Source of the DNA: an uncultured Gammaproteobacteria bacterium | Lineage (GTDB): Bacteria > Pseudomonadota > Gammaproteobacteria > GCA-002705445 > GCA-002716945 | Direction of reading: 5' to 3' | DNA: 64,000 nucleotides | NCBI GenBank assembly: GCA_902535975.1 | Contig: CACAVP010000004.1 | Span: 1,719 to 65,718 of the forward strand | In this document: positions 17,592 to 26,253 of the stretch, piece after piece | How the letters are laid out: every line of letters begins with the position of its first letter | Position numbering within the stretch: the stretch's first letter is position 1 | The notes under the pieces: model-generated | Database searches by the model: none | The model's input: the letters and a program-made list of their open reading frames with translations, nothing else | What the model was told of the DNA's origin: nothing | Position numbers and translations under genes: made by a program

Positions 17592-18646
17592 AAAATAAAA
17601 CTGATGATCTTCGGATAATTAATACCCAAGAGCTTATTAGCCCGCGGGAGATAATTGATTCTATTTCACCATCGGAAAAAGGATTTGCTACTATTATTAA
17701 CGCTCGGAATCAGATAAAAAATATTCTTAGTAAATCAATTAATAAATTTATGATCATTGTTGGCCCATGCTCAATCCATGATGTAGACGCAGCCATAGAG
17801 TATGCAACTAGATTAAAAAATCTCTCATCTTCACTATCAAGTAATTGTTTGGTAGTTATGAGAGTTTATTTTGAAAAACCAAGAACAGTAATAGGTTGGA
17901 AGGGCCTAATAAATGATCCTGATCTAGATGGATCTTTTAAAATTAATAAGGGAATAAGAATAGCAAGGAAGTTGTTAATAGATTTAGCTGAAATGGAGAT
18001 ACCATGCGGGCACGAATTTTTAGACTTAGTCAGCCCACAGTATGTATCTGATCTCATAAGTTGGGGTGCAATAGGAGCAAGAACAACCGAGAGCCAGAGC
18101 CATAGAGAGTTAGCCTCAGGTTTATCATGTCCGGTAGGTTTTAAAAATGGTACAGATGGAAGTTTACAAATAGCAATTGATGCTATGAATGCCGCCAGAC
18201 ACTCACACAGCTTTTTATCTGTCACAAAGGAAGGAAAATCGGCAATATTTAATACCGCAGGAAATGAGGATTGCCACATAATACATAGAGGAGGCAACAA
18301 TAAATCTAATTTTGGATCAGAAGATGTGAAAAATTCTGTCAGAATATTGGAGCAAAATGGTATGAAGCCAAACGTAATGATTGACGCAAGCCATGCTAAC
18401 AGCAATAAAGATTTTAAAATGCAATCTAAAGTCGTTGATGATGTTAAAAATCAACTGCTATCAGGAGAGAAAAATATAATTGGCATTATGCTTGAAAGTA
18501 ATCTAGTAGAGGGAAACCAAAAAATTAGTAGCAGAGATAATCTCAAATATGGTCAAAGTATAACCGATTCATGCATTGGGTGGGAAGAAACAGAAAATAT
18601 TATTTTGGATTTAGATGATACACTCAAAAAAGCCTATGAAAATTAA
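17588..18646 (+). CDS. 3-deoxy-7-phosphoheptulonate (DAHP) synthase, class I
   Basis: The 352-aa product has DLRIINTQELISP, IVGPCSIHD, RVYFEKPRT..GWKGLINDP and GARTTESQSHRELASG. Its start overlaps the hisG stop (ATGA) and its end overlaps the hisD start. Confidence 0.9.
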   Translation: MKNKTDDLRIINTQELISPREIIDSISPSEKGFATIINARNQIKNILSKSINKFMIIVGPCSIHDVDAAIEYATRLKNLSSSLSSNCLVVMRVYFEKPRTVIGWKGLINDPDLDGSFKINKGIRIARKLLIDLAEMEIPCGHEFLDLVSPQYVSDLISWGAIGARTTESQSHRELASGLSCPVGFKNGTDGSLQIAIDAMNAARHSHSFLSVTKEGKSAIFNTAGNEDCHIIHRGGNNKSNFGSEDVKNSVRILEQNGMKPNVMIDASHANSNKDFKMQSKVVDDVKNQLLSGEKNIIGIMLESNLVEGNQKISSRDNLKYGQSITDSCIGWEETENIILDLDDTLKKAYEN

Positions 18647-19925
18647 ACTACTAAATACATCTCAAGCTAATTTCAACAGGAGGCTAAATGATCATTTATC
18701 TTTAAAACAGGAGAACTTCGAGTCTGTCGAGAAGACAGTAGATAAAATTTTGAAAATAATTGAAGATAATGGAGATAGCGGCTTAAGGCTATTAATTAAG
18801 AAATACGATAAGACCTCTTATACAAAAATTTCTGATTCTATAGTCACTAAAGAGGAAATCAGTGAGGCATACTCAAAAACACCAAAGAATATCATAGTAA
18901 ATCTGAGAAAAGCTATGCGCAACATAAAAGCTTTTTCAAAACAACAAAAACTTAAAAGTTGGTCTATTAGAGTTAAAGGATCAAAATTAGGAGAAAAAGT
19001 TACACCGATAAATACTGTAGGGATCTATGTTCCGGGAGGTAAGGCAAGCTATCCGTCAACTGTTTTGATGAATGCCATCCCTGCACAAGTTGCGGGAGTA
19101 AAGGATATCATAATGGTCTGCCCACCCTTAGCAGGAAAACTAAATCCACTTGTATTGATTGCGGCTGATTTGTGTGGTGTGAATAAAATTTATAAATTCG
19201 GGGGCGCGCATGCCATTGCTGCCCTTGCTTTTGGCACCGAGACTATCAAACCAGTTGATAAAATTGTTGGACCAGGGAATATTTATGTTGCGACTGCAAA
19301 AAAGAAGGTTTACGGGAGAGTTGGGATAGACAGTTTTGCAGGCCCATCAGAGGTTTTGATTATTGCAGATCAAAACGCAAACCCTGAACTAGTTACAATT
19401 GATATGTTTGCCCAAGCCGAACATGACGAACTAGCACAAGCGATACTCTTGACGTCAAGTAAGAAGCTAATAAATTCTGTCAGTTTAAAAATTAGTAGCT
19501 TAATAAGAAATCAACCTAGAAAAAAGATTATTGATAAATCTCTTAGCACTAGAGGTTTATTTATCAAAGTTAAAAACATAAAAGAAATTATAAGTATCGC
19601 AAATCGAATTGCTCCCGAACATTTAGAAATATTTGGTTATGAAGAGATGAAATTAGAGACAAAAATCGATAATGCTGGTGCTATATTCATAGGAAAAAAT
19701 AGCCCTGAAGTTTTTGGGGACTATTGCGCCGGACCTAATCATGTCTTACCGACCAGTGGGTCAGCTAAGTACGCTTCGCCTCTTGGTGTTTATGATTTTT
19801 TAAAAAGAACCAGCTTAATGAAGATATCCTCATCTCACTCCAGAGAACTATCGAGTACAGCATCATTGTTGGCAGACTGTGAGGGATTAACTGCGCATTC
19901 TCAATCAGCTAAGCTCAGAAAATAA
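18636..19925 (+). CDS. hisD: Histidinol dehydrogenase
   Basis: I moved the start to ATG 18636 (MKIKLLNTS...). Motifs are YVPGGKASYPSTVLM, AGPSEVLIIAD, QAEHDE and GDYCAGPNHVLPT. Confidence 0.9.
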   Translation: MKIKLLNTSQANFNRRLNDHLSLKQENFESVEKTVDKILKIIEDNGDSGLRLLIKKYDKTSYTKISDSIVTKEEISEAYSKTPKNIIVNLRKAMRNIKAFSKQQKLKSWSIRVKGSKLGEKVTPINTVGIYVPGGKASYPSTVLMNAIPAQVAGVKDIIMVCPPLAGKLNPLVLIAADLCGVNKIYKFGGAHAIAALAFGTETIKPVDKIVGPGNIYVATAKKKVYGRVGIDSFAGPSEVLIIADQNANPELVTIDMFAQAEHDELAQAILLTSSKKLINSVSLKISSLIRNQPRKKIIDKSLSTRGLFIKVKNIKEIISIANRIAPEHLEIFGYEEMKLETKIDNAGAIFIGKNSPEVFGDYCAGPNHVLPTSGSAKYASPLGVYDFLKRTSLMKISSSHSRELSSTASLLADCEGLTAHSQSAKLRK

Positions 19926-20921
19926 CTACCTTTTAATTGTTTTGTGTGTTTCAGGCATAGCTGCAACCTTTATCGTAGACTGTATAAGTTCGCCATTTCT
20001 TCTAAAAGTCACACTTATTTCTTCTTCAACCTCTAAAGACGCAACAATTTTGACAACTTCTCTGATGTTATTAATCTCCCTATTATTTATACTTATTATT
20101 ACATCATTATTTTTTAAACCAGATGAATATGCTGGACCACCGTCGACAACATTTGTAATCAGCACACCATCAGATGTATCGAGTGCAGATAGACCAACAT
20201 ATCCTCTTACTGCTCTTCCGTATTTTATGATTTGTTCTGTAATTTTTCTAACCAGGTTGGATGGCACTGCTAAACCTATACCATCACTTCCACCACCAAT
20301 TGATAGATTCATTGTATTTATGCCAATTAAATTTCCAGACAAATTTACCATTGCACCGCCAGAGTTACCTGGATTTATTGCAGCATCAGATTGAAGAAAC
20401 TCATCTAAAGGGTTCGCGGTAATGTGCCCGCTATTTGTTCTTGATATAATACCCTGTGTTAGAGTCTGACCGACACCAAAAGGATTGCCTATTGCCAGAA
20501 CTATATCCCCTATCTTAACTTTCGATGAATCTGAAAAGGTAAGCGCTTTACCAATATAACTGCTTTTTAGTAATGCTATATCAGTTATTTTGTCAACTCC
20601 AACTATGCTCGCAGGGTAAGAAATATTATCAGATGTTATAATCCGAATTTTTTTAGCACCATTTATCACATGTTCGTTTGTGACAATGTGACCTTGATCT
20701 GTGATAATCACACCAGAACCTCTCCCTCTATCAGTGTTGATAGTTACAACAGAATCTTTAACGGATCTATATATTTCGTTATATGAATTGCTAGCAGTTA
20801 TGACTTCTTTTTGATTACTATTAGCTACATTGATTGATACGGATTCTTTAGCTGTAAAAAGGTATGCAACTATTCCAGCAGCGATTCCAATTACCACATA
20901 TTTTGAGAGTTCTTTTAACAT
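19926..20921 (-). CDS. Membrane-anchored trypsin-like serine protease with one PDZ domain (DegS-like)
   Basis: The 331-aa product has the N-terminal anchor YVVIGIAAGIVAYLF. Catalytic triad contexts are TNEHV, DIALL and GNSGG. A single C-terminal PDZ-like region is present. Its stop codon directly abuts the hisD stop. Confidence 0.75.
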   Translation of the reverse strand: MLKELSKYVVIGIAAGIVAYLFTAKESVSINVANSNQKEVITASNSYNEIYRSVKDSVVTINTDRGRGSGVIITDQGHIVTNEHVINGAKKIRIITSDNISYPASIVGVDKITDIALLKSSYIGKALTFSDSSKVKIGDIVLAIGNPFGVGQTLTQGIISRTNSGHITANPLDEFLQSDAAINPGNSGGAMVNLSGNLIGINTMNLSIGGGSDGIGLAVPSNLVRKITEQIIKYGRAVRGYVGLSALDTSDGVLITNVVDGGPAYSSGLKNNDVIISINNREINNIREVVKIVASLEVEEEISVTFRRNGELIQSTIKVAAMPETHKTIKR

Positions 20922-21006
20922 AATTTCAATAACTATGTCTAAAAGTATATATTAGAGAATGATTATATGATATATTACGCACAGAATTTAAACATGGTTA
21001 ACAGGG

Positions 21007-21594
21007 ATGAAAAACGATAACGATTCACTAAAAAGAAGAAATTTTCTTACAAATCTCACTAAGGTAGTCGGTGGTATCGGAGCAGTTTTTGCGTTAATAC
21101 CTTTTCTTTCCACAATGTCACCTAGCGAGAAAACTAAAATGGCTGGTGCACCTATAGAAATAGATATATCCGCTATCACACCAGGGACTTTTAAGATCGT
21201 AGAATGGAGAGGAAAGCCTGTTTGGGTGGTTCACAGGACTGCTGAAATGCTAGACATCATAGATGGCAAAGTTGATTATTTAGCTGACCCGGAATCCAGC
21301 ACTGAGATGCAGCCTATTTACGCTCAAAATAAATACAGGTCTGTAAAACCGGAATTTTTGGTATTAGTTGGCGTATGCACACATCTTGGATGTTCGCCAC
21401 TATACAAACCAGGCGAGAATAAAGAGTTAGGGCTGGAATGGAAAGGAGGATTTTTTTGCCCATGTCATGGCTCAAAATTTGATTTATCAGGAAGAGTCTT
21501 TAAAGGTATGCCAGCAGGAACTAATCTTGAGGTACCTCCTTATTACTTTGCTAGCGATACTAAACTTATCGTAGGGCAGGACAGAGCATCATGA
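21007..21594 (+). CDS. petA: Ubiquinol-cytochrome c reductase Rieske iron-sulfur subunit
   Basis: The 195-aa product has the twin-arginine signal KRRNFLT and the Rieske boxes CTHLGC and CPCHGS. Confidence 0.9.
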   Translation: MKNDNDSLKRRNFLTNLTKVVGGIGAVFALIPFLSTMSPSEKTKMAGAPIEIDISAITPGTFKIVEWRGKPVWVVHRTAEMLDIIDGKVDYLADPESSTEMQPIYAQNKYRSVKPEFLVLVGVCTHLGCSPLYKPGENKELGLEWKGGFFCPCHGSKFDLSGRVFKGMPAGTNLEVPPYYFASDTKLIVGQDRAS

Positions 21595-22808
21595 GTAAAT
21601 TTGTAGCATGGATTGATCAAAGACTGCCAGTCAGTAAATTTGTAAAGAATCATCTATCGGAATATTACGCCCCTAAAAATTTTAATTTCTTTTATTTTTT
21701 TGGAAGTCTCGCCCTGTTTGTATTTATATTACAGATAATTACGGGAATATTCCTCACTATAAATTATAAACCAGACGCTGCATCTGCTTTCGCGTCAGTA
21801 GAGTATATCATGAGGGATGTAGAGTGGGGCTGGCTAATCAGATACATGCATTCTACGGGAGCATCATTCTTTTTTATAATAATCTATCTGCATATGCTCA
21901 GAGCCTTGATGTACGGTTCATACAAAAAACCAAGAGAGCTTTTGTGGCTATTTGGAATGTTTATATTTGTGCTACTCATGGCAGAAGCATTCATGGGGTA
22001 TTTATTGCCATGGGGTCAAATGTCTTACTGGGGGGCGCAAGTCATTATCTCACTGTTCGGCGCAATTCCTCTCATCGGTGAGTCCTTAGCTTTGTGGATA
22101 AGGGGTGACTATGTAATATCAGATGCTACATTGAATAGATTTTTCGCATTCCATGTAATAGCACTACCGTTATTGCTATTCGCCGTCATCTACTTACATA
22201 TTGCTGCATTGCACACAGTAGGATCTAACAATCCAGACGGTGTTGAAATAAAAGCAAACAAGAATCCTGATGGTACTCCTGTTGATGGTATACCATTTCA
22301 TCCTTATTACACTGTCAAAGATATATTTGGTCTTGCTGTTTTCCTAACAATTTTTATGTTTGTGGTATTTTTCATGCCTGAGTTCGGGGGCTTTTTCTTA
22401 GAAAAAGACAATTTTGTTCCAGCTGATCCGCTCAAGACACCTGAACACATTGTCCCTGTTTGGTATTTTACTCCTTTCTACGCAATACTACGTGCTATAC
22501 CCGATAAATTAGGAGGTGTCATTGCAATGGGACTCGCTATTTTCGTTCTATTCTTAATGCCTTGGATTGATAGATGTAAAGTTAAGTCCATCAGATATAG
22601 ATCTTCTACCTATAAAATACTTCTTGCATCATTTGTTATAAGTTTCGTTGGACTTGGATATATTGGTATGCAAGCGCCAACACCTATTTTGACTGCTTTA
22701 GGCCGAACTTTCACATTAATCTACTTTGCATTTTTTGTTGTCCTGTATTTTACCAGTAAGAATGAAAAAACAAAGCCAGTGCCAGAGCGAGTAACAATGC
22801 ATGAATAA
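21591..22808 (+). CDS. petB: Cytochrome b
   Basis: The 405-aa product has WGWLIRYMHSTGASFFF, GYLLPWGQMSYWGA and the PEWYF-like motif PVWYFTPFYAILR. Confidence 0.95.
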   Translation: MSKFVAWIDQRLPVSKFVKNHLSEYYAPKNFNFFYFFGSLALFVFILQIITGIFLTINYKPDAASAFASVEYIMRDVEWGWLIRYMHSTGASFFFIIIYLHMLRALMYGSYKKPRELLWLFGMFIFVLLMAEAFMGYLLPWGQMSYWGAQVIISLFGAIPLIGESLALWIRGDYVISDATLNRFFAFHVIALPLLLFAVIYLHIAALHTVGSNNPDGVEIKANKNPDGTPVDGIPFHPYYTVKDIFGLAVFLTIFMFVVFFMPEFGGFFLEKDNFVPADPLKTPEHIVPVWYFTPFYAILRAIPDKLGGVIAMGLAIFVLFLMPWIDRCKVKSIRYRSSTYKILLASFVISFVGLGYIGMQAPTPILTALGRTFTLIYFAFFVVLYFTSKNEKTKPVPERVTMHE

Positions 22809-23523
22809 AGCTTACATATTTTTTTTATTAGGCTTCATTTTATCATCTCCGGTTTTTGGCGCATCAAGTTCAGTTGAACTTAAACCTGTTTTCATTGATT
22901 TGGGCAACAAGGCATCATTGCAGAGAGGAGCACAAATTTTTTTCAATAACTGCTCAGGCTGTCATACGCTACAATATCACCGTTACAGTAAATTTGTGAA
23001 TGATCTGGGTGTATCAGAAGCGATGGTGAAATCAAATTTAATACTTACCTCACAAAAGAGTGGCGAACCAACAAAACTAGGTTCAACAATTACGAACTCA
23101 ATAAATCACGACTCTATCAAAGAGGCATTTGGTGTGGTCCCACCTGACCTAACCCTGACCGCTAGATCTAGAGGTCCTGAGTGGATATATACTTTCCTTA
23201 CTTCATTTTATGAGGATGATTCTAGGCCTATGGGCGTTAATAACAAATTATACCCGAACGTAAATATGCCTCATGTCCTATGGTACAAAGAAGGTCTGAA
23301 AACATATGATGAAAATAATCAACTAATTTTGAAGGTGAATGGTCAGTTATCTCAAAAAGAATATGAACAAGAAATTACAGACCTGGTCAACTTTTTAACA
23401 TATGTTTCAGAGCCTGCTCAACTTGAAAGATATACAATTGGGTTTTGGGTGATGATATTCCTTGTATTTTTTGCTTTTATTACTTATCTTCTTAAGATTG
23501 AATATTGGCGAGATATTAAATAA
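22801..23523 (+). CDS. petC: Cytochrome c1
   Basis: The 240-aa product has a signal peptide, the heme motif CSGCH, PPDLTL and a C-terminal TM anchor. Confidence 0.85.
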   Translation: MNKAYIFFLLGFILSSPVFGASSSVELKPVFIDLGNKASLQRGAQIFFNNCSGCHTLQYHRYSKFVNDLGVSEAMVKSNLILTSQKSGEPTKLGSTITNSINHDSIKEAFGVVPPDLTLTARSRGPEWIYTFLTSFYEDDSRPMGVNNKLYPNVNMPHVLWYKEGLKTYDENNQLILKVNGQLSQKEYEQEITDLVNFLTYVSEPAQLERYTIGFWVMIFLVFFAFITYLLKIEYWRDIK

Positions 23524-24140
23524 TGACATTACTGGCTAATCGCAGATCAGCGATATTACTTTTCTCTCATCCAAATTGTTTAGAAAGCCATCGCACTCGG
23601 ATAGTTATAAAAGAAAAGGAAATTTCAGCAGAAATACATGAGGTTGACTTAAATAACATACCGGAAGAGATAAAAATTTTGAGCCCATATGATGAATATC
23701 CTTCACTAGTTGACAGAGAGCTAGTCTTGCAAAATTCAAGGGTAATTATTGAGTATTTAGATGAGCGTTTCCCCCATCCACCTTTGCTCCCTGTTGACCC
23801 GATATCAAGAGCTAAATTTAGACTCGCGTTGAATGAAATAGAGCATAACTGGTACACAAAATATGCTGAAGCATACAATGATGAGGTTCTTGACGATAAA
23901 TTTGTAACAGAAATCAAAACCTATTTCCTCGAAATTGCACCATTAATCAAAAGAAAATTCTTTATGAGTGATGATTTTGGATTAGTCGATTGCAGTATTG
24001 CGCCCTTACTATGGAGACTAAAATCTCTAGATTTTGATTTAGCTGAGAACAATAAAGTCATAGGTGATTACTCAGAGAGGATATTTGAAAGAGAAGCTTT
24101 TCAGGACAGTTTAACTGAAACAGAAAAAGAACTTTTTTAA
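23523..24140 (+). CDS. sspA: Stringent starvation protein A (GST-like)
   Basis: The 205-aa product has LVDRELVLQNSRVIIEYLDERFPHPPLLP, nearly identical in pattern to E. coli SspA. Its start overlaps the petC stop (TAATG). Confidence 0.9.
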   Translation: MTLLANRRSAILLFSHPNCLESHRTRIVIKEKEISAEIHEVDLNNIPEEIKILSPYDEYPSLVDRELVLQNSRVIIEYLDERFPHPPLLPVDPISRAKFRLALNEIEHNWYTKYAEAYNDEVLDDKFVTEIKTYFLEIAPLIKRKFFMSDDFGLVDCSIAPLLWRLKSLDFDLAENNKVIGDYSERIFEREAFQDSLTETEKELF

Positions 24141-24201
24141 TTTTATTTTTTAACTCGATCCTGAGCTCTAAAAGATTGTGAGATATGCTAGAGTTACTGA
24201 T

Positions 24202-25029
24202 ATGTACGGTAATTTATACTTGGTATCAACGCCCATTGGAAATCTAGAAGACTTAACCTTCAGGGCGGTTAAAATTTTAAGCAGTGTTGATATAATTCTC
24301 GCCGAGAGTGTTGAAAGGACAAAAAAATTATTATCTCATTATGACATTGACGCAAAAGTTATCTCATTTAACAAAGACAATGAAAAAAGAAAAACTAATG
24401 ATGCCATCGCTTATTTACAAAACTCAAAAAATATTGCCCTTGTAAGTGACGCAGGAACACCATCTATATCCGATCCAGGCTTTTATCTACTATCTAATAT
24501 TAGTGAGAAGATTAAGATAATTCCAATTCCTGGTGTGTCGTCACTAACATGCGCGCTATCTGTATCCAAAATTCCGATGAATGGGTTTACGTTTCTTGGA
24601 TTTCTCCCCAAAAAAGAAAATGATCGAAAGAATAAACTATTAAAATCATCTTCTACAGAATTGCCTATATGTTTATTTGAGAGTAAACATCGAATATTGG
24701 ATTTGTTTGAAGATATAAGTTCAATCTTTGGGGAGGATACAATGGTTGGCTTGTTTCGTGAGATGACAAAAATCTATGAGACAATAACTCATAAAAGGGT
24801 TAAAGAACACATATCTGATTTGAAAACTAAGATACCGAAAGGTGAATATGTTGTAATTGTCGCACCAAATCGTCATGTAGAATTAGAAAAACCATATATA
24901 TCAATCATAAAGAGATTGATTCTAAAAAATTTTTCTAATAAAGATATTGTCGATCTTATAAAGCCCATTTCAGTAGATTCAAAAAAAGAAATATATAAAA
25001 TTGTATTATCTATTAGACAAGGTGAGTAG
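24202..25029 (+). CDS. rsmI: 16S rRNA (cytidine1402-2'-O)-methyltransferase
   Basis: I chose the start at ATG 24202 (MYGNLYLVSTPIGNLEDLTFRAVKIL..VD.ILAE). The SAM-MTase tetrapyrrole-methylase fold motif SDAGTPSISDPG is present. An in-frame GTG at 24178 is an alternative start. Confidence 0.85.
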   Translation: MYGNLYLVSTPIGNLEDLTFRAVKILSSVDIILAESVERTKKLLSHYDIDAKVISFNKDNEKRKTNDAIAYLQNSKNIALVSDAGTPSISDPGFYLLSNISEKIKIIPIPGVSSLTCALSVSKIPMNGFTFLGFLPKKENDRKNKLLKSSSTELPICLFESKHRILDLFEDISSIFGEDTMVGLFREMTKIYETITHKRVKEHISDLKTKIPKGEYVVIVAPNRHVELEKPYISIIKRLILKNFSNKDIVDLIKPISVDSKKEIYKIVLSIRQGE

Positions 25030-25073
25030 TTTTGTCGTATCATTTAGTTTTAGTGAAACTTACTAAAAATAAT

Positions 25074-25109
25074 AAAAGATGACTCATTTCGAGACATCTT
25101 TTTTTTTAT
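25074..25109 (+). terminator. Rho-independent terminator after rsmI
   Basis: The stem aaaagatgactc (25074-25085) pairs with gagacatctttt (25091-25102) with one internal mismatch. The loop is atttc, followed by a T-run to about 25109. Confidence 0.7.
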
Positions 25110-25128
25110 TTAAATACAAGGATTCTAA

Positions 25129-26253
25129 TTGAAATCGGCAGCTATATTAATCGATGACGGTACAGTTATACCAGCTAGATCGATTGGTAGTAATAAAATA
25201 AGCGTTGGCGAAATAGTCTTTAATACATCAATGACAGGCTATCAAGAAATCATAACTGACCCGTCTTATGACAGACAAATCATAACGTTTACAAATCCCC
25301 ATATCGGTAATACTGGGATAAATTTTGATGATTATGAGTCTAATGAAAATGGATGTTCTGGCATCATCATGAGAAATCATCCTACACATGATAGTAGTTG
25401 GAGAAAACAGCATAGTTTATTGGATTTTTTACTCGATAAATCTATTCCGGCTCTGTGCTCAGTAGACACTAGATTTTTAACATCACTTTTAAGAAAAAAA
25501 GGCTCTCTTAATGGATGCCTTGTACCAGACATTAAAAAATTAGATGATGCTAAATTAGAGTTATCGAAATTTTCTGGACTCAGCGGGCTAGATCTGGCAA
25601 AAAAAGTTACAACAGAAAAAATATATACCTGGAACGAGGGAACTCATACGTTAGTAAGTAACTTATCACGAAAAAGCACTGAAAGGTTCAGTGTTTATGC
25701 TTATGATTTCGGAATTAAGAAAAATATTCTTAGAATCTTATACGATCTTGGATGTGACATAACAGTTGTTCCTGCAGACTATCCTTTCCATGAACTAAAA
25801 GCAAAAAAGCCCGACGGTGTATTCTTGTCTAATGGCCCCGGAGATCCATCAGCATGCAACTATGCAATAGATAATATTAGTAAATTAATTTCGCATAAAA
25901 TACCAGTTTTTGGAATTTGCTTGGGATTTCAACTAATGTGTTTAGCAAGTGAGGCTAAAACTTATAAGATGAAATTTGGTCATCATGGCGCTAATCACCC
26001 AGTGATTGATGTTGAAACAAAAAAGGTATCTATCACTAGCCAAAATCACGGTTTTGCTGTTGACTCATCATCACTTAATAAAAACCATAAAATAACTCAC
26101 AAGTCATTATTCGATGATTCCTTGCAGGGAGTTGAGCTCATTGATTCACCTGCTTATGGTTTTCAAGGTCATCCTGAGGCAAGCCCTGGGCCGCAAGATA
26201 TTTATTATCTTTTTGAGAAGTTTATTAGATTCATGTCAGGTAATAATGCCTAA
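25129..26253 (+). CDS. carA: Carbamoyl-phosphate synthase small (glutaminase) subunit
   Basis: The 374-aa product starts at TTG, preceded by aagga. Motifs are MTGYQE..TDPSY, the catalytic Cys in GICLGFQ, and HHGANHP. Confidence 0.9.
   Translation: MKSAAILIDDGTVIPARSIGSNKISVGEIVFNTSMTGYQEIITDPSYDRQIITFTNPHIGNTGINFDDYESNENGCSGIIMRNHPTHDSSWRKQHSLLDFLLDKSIPALCSVDTRFLTSLLRKKGSLNGCLVPDIKKLDDAKLELSKFSGLSGLDLAKKVTTEKIYTWNEGTHTLVSNLSRKSTERFSVYAYDFGIKKNILRILYDLGCDITVVPADYPFHELKAKKPDGVFLSNGPGDPSACNYAIDNISKLISHKIPVFGICLGFQLMCLASEAKTYKMKFGHHGANHPVIDVETKKVSITSQNHGFAVDSSSLNKNHKITHKSLFDDSLQGVELIDSPAYGFQGHPEASPGPQDIYYLFEKFIRFMSGNNA

Noticed and set aside
17866-18405. Long antisense ORFs inside well-supported genes. 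Examples are the 179-aa ORF opposite the DAHP synthase gene, 32708-33139 and 32898-33191 opposite ftsH, 36005-36430 opposite glmM, 40502-40933 opposite nuoD, 19942-20394 opposite the degS-like gene, and 9901-10293 opposite kdsD.
   Set aside because: Their translations are low-complexity (Ser/Ile/Leu/Phe-rich) with no recognisable motifs. They lie entirely within genes whose sense-strand products have strong family signatures, so they are typical shadow ORFs.
26114-26245. The 44-codon N-terminal extension of the carB ORF in the track (MIPCRELSS...), overlapping the end of carA.
   Set aside because: The canonical CarB N-terminus [30 protein letters not shown] begins at ATG 26246. The extension is just the alternative reading frame of the carA 3' end.
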